A stretch of 64,000 nucleotides of DNA from Lingula anatina (taxonomy: Eukaryota; Animalia; Brachiopoda): positions 43,840,401 through 43,904,400 of the forward strand of contig CM120641.1 of NCBI GenBank assembly GCA_051362555.1, read 5' to 3'. Both the position numbers and the translations under genes were made by a program. The notes beneath the pieces are model-generated. The model had not been told where the DNA came from. It worked only from the letters and a program-made list of their open reading frames with translations, and ran no database searches. Positions 34,001 to 64,000 of this stretch are shown one piece after another (position 1 is the first letter of the stretch; each line of letters opens with the position of its first letter).

Positions 34001-37000
34001 CATATCTGTTGAAACTGCCATAGTAACATGCGTAAGGCACAAACACATACAAAAAACATTTTACTGCTTTTGATGCCTAGAAAAAAGACCCATGTGTTGA
34101 GTTTCTCACATAAACAAACAAGCAACGAATGCAAGCTACATCATTTTTGGGTCCTTTTCTCTTGTCATATGCAGTGGTATTAGTCATTTACAACATTTGT
34201 CGACAAGGCCTATGTAATATGTGTATTTTAAAATACACCTTGCTGACTCATGGTATATCTAATACTTACCCTCACTCTTTGAACACGGAAACTATAACCA
34301 GTCAGTTTCTTGGATCCATCATATGTCTCAAATATTGTGTTCTGATATATGTCCTTGATGGCCGTGACATGGGTATGAAACATGGCTATAATGGCTTCTT
34401 CTGTACGCATGTCATCCTGTGGGTTGAATAAAAATGAAAACATAAAGAGAATATTTAAAATTTGATTAAAGCACTAGTTCACTTGACATCACGTCATAGA
34501 ACCCATTCTATTAAAATCTAAAAACATAAAAGGCAAACAAAAAAATAAAATCCTTCCTTAGAAAACTTTTATACAAAAATTCTAAAAATATATAAACAAA
34601 CAAATAGGAAATAAAATCAAGACTAAAAAAAAAATTATATAAATAATGCATAATATACAAACATTAATAAACAAGGACTGGAGTGGAAAAAATAGAGCAG
34701 GGTAAATACAGTAGAGTACAGCAGAGTAGAGCAAAGGAGAGTAGATTAGAGCAGAGAAGAGTACATACAATAGAACAGAGCAGAGTAGAACAAAATATTC
34801 AAGGTGCAGCAAGTTGGACGTCAACTATATAACATACACTATACATTTGTCTCATGTGATCCCACAGTGCAGGGTCTGACTGTAAGAGCAGACTGCAGGT
34901 GTTTTTTTGCGGAGTGAATAAAGTGACAGTCGCTCTCTTCTGCCAGTTTTCTTCCTCTCGTTTCACCCTGTTCAAAGCCTCAGAATAGATATTGTGCTCC
35001 CTCTGATGATCTTCCCTGGTAGCCGTCCTGTAACTTTTCTGGAAACATAAACATGGGTGTCAGGACAGCATACTCCAATGTTAAATATAGGTGTCAGCAC
35101 TGAATATTTTCTTGCTTTACATCTATAGGTGTCAAGACTATTTACTTCTCAGGTTAAAAATTAAATACTCATTTTGACTGTCATTTGATAGTTTTCACTA
35201 AGATATTGGATTTATTTTGGTTTAAGACATGAAGATGCTCTCTATTGTGTACTTGTTAACATGCCATTTATATGGCAAAGAAATAGTTAACTGTCTAGAT
35301 ATAATATACATCACTTGGATCCAAGAGCTCCATTTATAACAAACCCTGCAGAAGCAAGAAGTCACATTTACTTCTTATAATCAAGGACCTTTTTACAAAG
35401 AACTTGAAACTCTTAAATTCTTCTTACTTCCAAAACTGTTCTAAATTCTTTAGTTCAAAATACAATAGACAGAAATCTTTTTTTAGTATGAATATTTAAG
35501 TACACAATGAGCAGTATTCAGAGAAAAATTTATCTCGTAATGTCAACACTAATTCAACAATCAGCATGGCATAACATATCCATACGGGTTGAAAAATTAA
35601 TATCTAGGAAAATATACTCTCTTTGTCCTCCCTCCTTTTTAATTTAAAAAAAATTGCCATATAAAGGTGTAATACACATTGTATAATTAAATACAATTTT
35701 ACCTACTTTCTTTACATCCACAGCAGAATTCTGAACTCTGCTCATCCAGTCTGCAATGTCACTATTGCTATTTCCACACTGAGCAGTACCAGCTGCACTG
35801 CGGATATGCCTGAAAAAATAAAAAATAATACAATTACCAGGATAACTTTAAAACAAGGGACCCATTTCACAACAATTCTAAAAGTTTTGGGTTGACCAAA
35901 TACCACTCAGCTTGCATAGACTTCAAAATAAAATTCTCTGTGAGATATTGTTTTAGAGCATTTCATAAAAGATTGGCCCAGAATAAATCTAATGCAAAAC
36001 TCAAAATGCAAAGATTTTTTTGCATATTAACAATGATAATATTGGCCCAAAAGTAATGCGAACAGATAACTGATAATTCTACTCAAAGCCATATCATGTG
36101 GAGTTATTTTGTTGGTACAGCAATGAAAATTGTGGTAGAGGAGACCTTGTACACAATAAAACAATGTGGCACAACAGTTTGTGAAATAGGCACACTGTCT
36201 CCTTTCCAGAAACATTAGGATGTTATTTGGTATGTACCATTACTGGACCAGTGTTTGTCCTGCTAAAGATCATGTGAATACTGTGCTTGCTCAACCACAA
36301 GAAAAATTTGAAATAATTAAAAATCAAGCAGAGCACTGATATTGGGAGTTAATTACTACTTTTGTCCAGTATCAATAATTAATGGTTTTTCTCAAAAAAG
36401 TGAAAAAAGGTTTAAGATAATTTTGATCAGCTTTCAACTGCAGTTTGTGTTATTGCTTGCAAATAATATTATATATTTGCAAATAAAGAAGTAAAAATTA
36501 GAAACATAAGGAATACATCAAAACCTTAACAGGCAAAAAAGAAATGCCATATTTCTCTAAATTCATGCCTTAATCTTCAGATTTTAAAATTATCTCTCAG
36601 TGGCATTAAAATAATAAATATAGATTACATTCATATATAACAATTCTAGAAGTGCTTCTCACCTGTATGGGTCCATATCCATATGATCCTCATGGTAGAT
36701 GATGGAATGGAACTTTTTCTTCTCTGTGACTTCTTTAGGGAAGTACTTGTTGGCATGTTCTATGTGCCACCTTCCAGTCTCTGGAGACTCAATGGTTCCT
36801 GTGAATACTCCACCTAACACACTGCCATACACAGATGACCCGGGCTCACCTGGAAGGGGAGGGGCGCAAATATACAGATTAGCTACTATACTGTGGCCCC
36901 ATTCAGAAAGGGAATTACCAGTCCGAGGATCAAATATGGCAACTCGCTACAAAGCTTGCCAACTAGAACCGAATAGATATCCTGTGGGGAAGTACGGATT

Positions 37001-40000
37001 CTAGTGGGTCAGTTAACATAATTCTGTGGGATAAAATACTAAAACTCAGTATCCACAGTTCAAATACATTCTTAACATCAAGTGGCCAGTGAAAGTCAAA
37101 CATTTTACATTTGTCAGCTGCATTAACTCAATCTTGTTGTAAACAAAATCATCCTTATCAAGTACATGTATGAATTACCTTTTCCCACTGTACAGAAAAG
37201 AAAACTAACTAAACAAGATGATGGAATCTCTATAATGGCTGCCCCCCTGGACTAAATTACTGATATCAAAATGCATGAGGATCTGAGGCCAATATTACAG
37301 ATGGCAGGCATCGTTACCTCTATCTGATAAAACCAAGAGTGAGGGTCAAGGAGGGCCTATCTAACTGGCTTATCATGTGACTAAGTAAAGACCAATCTTC
37401 TACACATAGTACACAAAACAACAAGTTTCTATCTTACTTAAATATCAAACTCAATAGTCATTAGGTATTTTAATAAAAGTGAAAGTGAAAGTTGATTATA
37501 ATTTCATTTTTGATATATTCCATTTCATTCAGTGGTTGTAAAAAAATAATTTTAGGGTATGGTATGTGCATTATTTCTGTTGTTGTGTCCATTTTGTCAA
37601 AAAAAATGTGGTCGAAAAAAATTATGTTGCAGAAAAAAAAAAAAAATCATGCATCCACAAGTTTTCACGAGAAAAAAAGGAAAATAGCAACACATTAAAG
37701 CTAAGCAAATTGTGTCATAAACCAGCTTAATCAAAGGCATGTCATTTTTTAACCAATTTCTGATATGAAGAAATTGTGTACATATATGATGACAATTTTA
37801 ATGACCAAAAAATATATGACCATTATACAAGACACTGTCATATTCAGCAGTGTATATAAGGAAAGTATTTCTATATATTTCTGTGGCTGATCTTAAACTT
37901 CAGTAGCAAGTATTCTCAATGATGATATGTGTGATTTGGCTGCCACCAAAGGCAATCATATAATAGACTTGGCAACACACTACTAAGGCGCATTCACAAT
38001 AAAACTATCGTACTAGGTAGGTAGTTCAAACTTCATTGGGCCCTCGCCTTCTCTTGTATCCAATGTACTCGTATAATCACCAGCTAATCTGTATTCTATT
38101 CAAAACCAGGAGGAGGTATGTTACTCTGTTCATCTGATTACATTCAGCAAGAGTCCCCACAGAGTCAGTTCAAAACTACCTAAATCGTTAGTTTGATTGT
38201 GAACACAAACATTATAAACATAAAGCAGCATTAAACTGGAGAAAATTTAATGACGTGGTTTCTATTATTTTCGATCACCTCTTGATGTTAATTTTTAACT
38301 ACTAGTACTTAATTTTGATTTCAACTAGTAAATATTTTAAAGTTTCTACTTATTAGCCAGAGTGACCAGTCAGTGAGCTGAACAGTAAAAGGTGCATCCA
38401 GCAATACTTTGTACACTTACCCCATAACTGCCCTCTGTATAGAAAACTGGTGTCCAATGGCTTTGTGCTTCCATCTCCATATTCGATATCTGCATTTTTA
38501 CTGAAGATCTTGGAGTCTTTTTGGAGTTCCAAATTAAAATTTCTGGAAAAAAGGAATGTTTTGTATCCTTTTTAAGTATTAAAGGAAAACATCTCCGATA
38601 AGGACAATACTGGTTAACGTTTTAGTATCTTTTTGAAGTTTTTAATCAACAAATAAGAAAGAAATATGTTATTCAAAACACAAACTTACATCAGATTTAA
38701 TAATGAAAATTGACATCTGAACATGATATCCAAATATGTAATTTGTAGGTGAGAACTTACCAATATAGTTACTTCTATCTAAGATCTAATAAACGTGTTT
38801 ATTAGATCTTAGCTTCTATTAATACTGTCCAAAATATTTATGTGGAATGAACAAAGGATAATATGCCAAATATACCTAAATCTGTCAATCAAAGAAACAC
38901 CAATAACTGACAAAAGAAAAGGTAAGATATGTATATTAAGATTTATTCTGTTTAAGATGTACTTATGAACACCTTGATTCATATCAACCAATTAAGTTGA
39001 TCTACACCTCTGTAAATAAAATATTACTGCACTTCCATATCTTGAGATAATACTGGTTTATTGATTTTTCTTGTTAACAATGAGCAAACCTAACATGTAC
39101 TCAAGATCTGTGTGTGACCTGGCATTTTTCATTTTTCTCCTTCTTCAGTTTTTCTTCTCTTAAACCTTTTACTTTCTCTTTGCCTTAGCTTCCACCTCTC
39201 TGTTTTTTTTTAAAGAAGAAATGACCAGACCAACAGTTTAATTTACTGATCCCATCAATATACCTTTACACAACAATTTTCTGGTTTGAAAGCTAAGGAT
39301 AACTTTTATGATAACAGTCACTGGACTTCTCAATACAGGACTTTTAAAAGCCCATATAAACTGAAACTAATTCAATTTGCAATATACAGTACTAGTGTGC
39401 TTCTACCAGACATGCTGAAAACTTTTCAGAATGGCCAGACATTTGGACTGGCAGTAATGAAAAATTTGCCAAATAGATTGGATTTTTGTTGGACCGAAAA
39501 TCACCCTATTCGTTTGAGACAGATATACCAGTACCATCAGGTAGCTTTAATTTGTTTGTGAATGTAATAGGTTTGAAATGGAAGGGAAAATACGTTTTGG
39601 GTTTTATATTATTTTATTAGTGAAGTATGTCGAATGATGACTGTAAATTCAAAATTGCGGTTCTTAAAACTCTTGTCGGTCCTTTGCACCAACCAAGTCC
39701 AATTCTTTGCCAGTCCAGATAAATTTTCCCGGTCATGACCAATCAGACCGACAGTTTCAGCATGTCTGTATTACATAAGGGACACCTGATATTTTACCTT
39801 ACCTGCTGTGAGCTTTAAACATGAGATTAAGGGTCGACTGGTCAGACAGTGACCGTTTGGCTCGGAGATGAAGGTTGTGAAGGTCATCCGCATCGTAATT
39901 TAATTCCTCGTAATGGGAAATATAGTCATTCAGTTTGTTCTTTGTGCCTGAAATATAACACAAAACATTGTCAAAAAATTGTGGTTAAAGTGTTTGTTTT

Positions 40001-40698
40001 GTTCTACATATTAGGCTCACTTTCTGAGGACAAACCTCATTCAAATGCTAAACATGCATAAACTTGAATTAAGAATACTGTAAATTATTCTCGTATTTTA
40101 ATTATTTGGTCATTTTCATCCTTGATTTGGCATGTATGCATGTTTTCGTGCACAAATACAAAAGAGAAGAAACAATGCTGCAGTGAAAAGCTTACAGTAC
40201 TTACATAACTTTTATCCAGAATTTACAAGGTTTGTCATTGTGATTTCTGAGTCTGTAAGTATGTGTTTGCATCAGTTTACAATATTAAGACATCTTTATG
40301 GCATCTTTGTTGATTAAGCATAATTACATAAAATGCTTTTCCACAAACCCAAGGACAAGGTAATAAGTGCATTAAATATTAGGTAATGGTCCCAGGCTGT
40401 TGTATGAGGGGGAAGAATAAACATATCACTGTCAGTCTACTTCAAATAGCAACTCATCAGAGCTATAATACATATGCTGTTATTTGCTCATGTCATTTAC
40501 CATACCTGTTGAATGCAGTCACACCTGCCTCCTCAGCTAAAAGCTATACTGCAATTTTATACCATAAATATATTATAGCATTGTAAAGAATAACCCCACG
40601 TTGTCACACAGTCACGACCAACCCCTAGACTCACCTGATCTGCATCGAAGCTGCAGACAGATCACCACCGTTACCCATGCTATCCTTCTGCACTTCAT
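28031..40698 (-). CDS. ADAM10: ADAM10/Kuzbanian-like metalloprotease, copy A; 16 coding exons, about 742 aa, ends before the transmembrane segment (predicted secreted)
   Basis: Exons 40635-40698, 39803-39947, 38421-38542, 36663-36849, 35707-35809, 34838-35038, 34270-34416, 33601-33784, 33049-33242, 32357-32546, 31064-31229, 30469-30576, 30144-30228, 29307-29433, 28682-28798, 28031-28119 (sum 2229 nt, all in phase). Signal peptide, prodomain with AQCG cysteine switch, [31 protein letters not shown], Met-turn GNYIMF, disintegrin [15 protein letters not shown], Cys-rich [29 protein letters not shown] then TAG. Confidence 0.9.
29460..31860. repeat. Dispersed direct repeat of about 310 bp (29460-29790 and 31529-31860) in two ADAM10-A introns
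   Basis: Both copies start ACCACTATAAAGT...TTACCTGGTTAATA.TGAAGTGAGTTATC and stay colinear to TGTACTCCCC. Probably a transposon fragment or local duplication. Confidence 0.75.
30229..30468 (-). other. U12-type (minor spliceosome) AT-AC intron in ADAM10 copy A
   Basis: 5' site TGTAG|ATATCCTTGA, branch site GCCTTAAC about 10 nt from the 3' end, 3' site CTCAC|G. Splicing restores QQIC-R-GTNYTCP, matching the ADAM10 disintegrin pattern. Confidence 0.92.
32074..32287. mobile_element. PIF/Harbinger (Tourist-like) MITE, 214 nt, TAA TSD
   Basis: TAA-GGGCACATTCCCATAGA...TCTCTGGAAATGGGGTC-TAA. The paralogous site in copy B (about 61015-61025) is empty with a single TTA. Confidence 0.85.
36893..37010. 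mobile_element. Partial copy of the 18285-18467 Harbinger-like MITE
   Basis: TGGCCCCATTCAGAA...GATCAAATATGGC...GAATAGATATCCTGTGGGGAAGTA. Confidence 0.6.
39407..39768. mobile_element. hAT-like MITE present only in ADAM10-A intron 2
   Basis: TIRs CAGACATGCTGAAA / TTTCAGCATGTCTG. Absent from the paralogous position in copy B (about 50470). Confidence 0.65.
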
Positions 40699-40712
40699 CT
40701 CCGTTTGTCAAC

Positions 40713-41835
40713 TGTTGTGTTGTTAAGTTGTTTTTGAAAAGAGAAAAATGCAAAATTCCAGAGTACTATCGATACACGTTTAGCCTTTTATTTTCCTGCT
40801 TTGCGTTTCTGATGTCTACATATATTCTCTAACATAGTGCTTCAGCAAAACATTACATTCCTCCCCACCTTGAATAAAGAGGCATGCAACTATGTATGTT
40901 TTGTCTTGAACATAAATTTAAATCTGAAAAATGAATTCTGAAAATGATGCAAAGAGAAAAGAAAGATTGCATTTAAGAACTGAGCCTTACTCTGGCTATT
41001 GGCACAGTTACACTTACTGTGGCAATGAATCATAAAATGTTTGCTTGGCACAAGTGAATTATAACGTTTATAAAATTGAGCACAGTTTTTTTTAGGCTGT
41101 TATGAGTGTATAGCATCATATGAAAGTTGTTCATTCAGTCTTTGGCAATAAGTTAAGAGATATACTGGTAGTCAACTAAAATATAATAATACTGCAAACA
41201 CTTAAGAAAATGTCATCAGTCTTTGGCAATAAGTAAAGAGATATACTGGTAGTCAATTAAAATCTAATAATACTGCAAGCACTTGAGAGAATGTCATCAT
41301 ATCTATCATAACTTGTTTCATGACATGGATAAAAATAAAAGATGTTTCAAATTATTAAGAGATTGATCCTAGGGTAAGGGTAGACTGTCCTTCCCTAGCT
41401 GTATGCTCAATAAGAACCGCAATTAGGCACTATTCTGGCCTTTTAGTGCGTGTTCATTATAAAATCCTTGGATTTTGAAGGCAGATTACATTCACGTCTG
41501 GGCCTTTCTGGTGGCATTAATGTTGCCCTATAGTGCCATCTGATGATTGGCTGGTTTGAGTTGCTGAAGTTGATAGGTTTGGTTCTTCTTCTTCATCATC
41601 AGATGATGGGACGTCTTCTGGGTACGCAGGAGAGGGCTCGATTCTCAGTGAATTCCTGGTAACCGTCTTCCCATTTCATGCAGCAGTTAACATTGACTCC
41701 TTCTGCTCACACACAACGAGGGGTTTTGGGTCAAAAGGTGGGTCAGCCTTCTTCCATCCTTCTTTCTTCAGTAGCACGGGATCACCAACCTTGATTGGAG
41801 ATTCTTTAACATAGGGCTTTATTGTTATCTCCATA
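40713..41835 (-). mobile_element. 5'-truncated Gypsy-type LTR retrotransposon: integrase C-terminus, 3' UTR, polypurine tract and 145-bp 3' LTR
   Basis: Minus-strand translation KPYVKESPIKVGDPVLLKKEGWKKADPPFDPKPLVV...SMLTAA*NGKTVTRNS (GPF/GPY module) and terminal RPRRECNLPSKSKDFIM. Tandem repeat of about 81 nt at 41136-41298. Polypurine tract AAGGTGGGGAGGAA at 40871-40858. LTR TGTAATG...ACAACA at 40857-40713 with an internal AATAAA. Confidence 0.85.
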
Positions 41836-42214
41836 GTTTAAGGCGTTTAGAAATCAAAGATCAAACAAATTATTAATAAAAAACAAAGAAAAGCGAATTT
41901 TTTAAAAAAAATTTATTGTCTTCAAAACAAAAAAAAAATTTAAAGTGAACCTAAAAAATGTAAGAACGGTCTTAAATTGTTATTAATATATCTATCGTTC
42001 GTGCCTCAGCTAGTAGATGGCGATGTCCTGATCAGCTGGATACGTGAACACACATTCAAAGCGCGTGCAGACACAAAATGCACATATCTAATAAAAAATT
42101 AGATCAATTGCTGACATTGAACAATCATTTGTCCAAGCCTGAATTCACATTTAGAGACCATATGAACGACTAGTGTGAAAGACGCAATGACCGATCGCAC
42201 CTACTGCATCAGTA

Positions 42215-42295
42215 AAGTAATCTCGCGATTATCTCATCGAGGAAGTAGATTCGCGCATGCGCAAACTCTAGGTGTGTCGACTAAACTTCCTGCTT
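42215..42295 (+). promoter_or_regulatory. CpG-rich housekeeping-type promoter of ADAM10 copy B
   Basis: TCTCGCGA (BANP/Kaiso-like, 42221), GGAAGT and ACTTCCTG (ETS, 42241 and 42285), GCGCATGCGC (NRF1, 42253-42262), 80-150 nt upstream of the ATG. Confidence 0.6.
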
Positions 42296-42370
42296 TATTG
42301 TGTTGAGTCGTTTGTCGCCACAGGACCTTCATTTGGGCGAAAAAATAAGCTTAAACTAGCTAGTTGACAA

Positions 42371-63555
<21,185 letters not shown>

Positions 63556-63565
63556 ATATCCTTGG
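63556..63565 (+). other. U12-type 5' splice site (ATATCCTT) in ADAM10 copy B
   Basis: TGTAA|ATATCCTTGG at the same codon position as in copy A. The 3' end of the intron lies beyond the window. Confidence 0.88.
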
Positions 63566-63636
63566 TCTACAGGAGCATTTCACTTTTGTATTATAGACCA
63601 GTTTGCCTAATGGAGAATTGTGATAATAATTATAGT

Positions 63637-64000
63637 TGTACCACCAGCGTAGGCGCTGGCGGTACACATGGTTTTAGTCCCTACCCGTATGTTCCGCCAG
63701 CTCTGCCGGCTCCTGCGGCTCCACCGCCAAGTCATCATTACCGCTTCTCCTCCTAGACTACTAGGGCCTACGTACCCAGCTCTTGGATTTAGGTCACCTA
63801 TAATCTCAACTCGTTCCACGTAAAATTTGGGCTTTGTCGGTGTTGGGGTCTAGGTGTGGCACTCATTGCAATGCACCCTTGTCCAAAAATGGCAAAATTA
63901 AATGCTAATTATCTACCCTACGGAAGGAATTATGGGAAAAATTTCTACAGACAACTTTCCAAAAGTCATATGTGTAGATTTCAAATATACCCTTGGATTT
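63637..64000. mobile_element. Copy-B-specific insertion starting with a terminal hairpin (possibly Helentron/DINE-like)
   Basis: Homology to the copy A intron stops at ...ATAATTATAGT; the insert begins TGTACCACCAGCG-TAGG-CGCTGGCGGTACA. Confidence 0.4.

Noticed and set aside
34690-34795. AGAGC/AGAGT periodic tract (mirrored at 58265-58375) giving hydrophobic ORFs
   Set aside because: Degenerate pentamer microsatellite predating the duplication; neither coding nor a CRISPR-like array.
36699-37004. Shared ORFs 36699-37004 plus and 56082-56366 minus, and other mirrored ORFs (34129/58644, 31073/62816, 40386/45778, 36027/56707)
   Set aside because: Antisense shadows of ADAM10 exons or duplicated intron sequence; their similarity is explained by the inverted duplication.

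Overview
AT-rich, intron-rich animal (invertebrate-like) genomic DNA; no prokaryotic features. Four spliced genes were reconstructed by hand from splice sites and codon phase. (1) KIF23/MKLP1 kinesin-6 on the minus strand: 23 coding exons, 1547-16978, about 889 aa. (2) A two-exon class A peptide-type GPCR on the plus strand, 19115-21502. (3, 4) A head-to-head inverted duplication of an ADAM10/Kuzbanian-like gene. Copy A (minus, 28031-40698) is open through the whole ectodomain but stops in the juxtamembrane stalk, so it is predicted to be secreted. Its catalytic domain has diverged, and a Gypsy 3' LTR ends 14 nt upstream of its ATG. Copy B (plus, from 42371 past the window end) keeps a CpG-rich housekeeping-type promoter but has a 2-nt frameshift in exon 10. 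A U12-type AT-AC intron is complete in copy A, and its donor is conserved in copy B. The most unexpected signal is a convergent pair of type III hammerhead ribozymes (24585-24702 plus; 25381-25541 minus) between the GPCR and ADAM10-A, with Schistosoma-like tertiary architecture and different but fully paired stems. Also present: P-element-like excision footprints with 7-bp target-site duplications (TSDs), Kolobok-, Harbinger- and hAT-like MITEs, a Rex/Babar-like LINE 3' end and an SGNH-hydrolase relic. All coordinates were counted by hand and may be off by a few bases.
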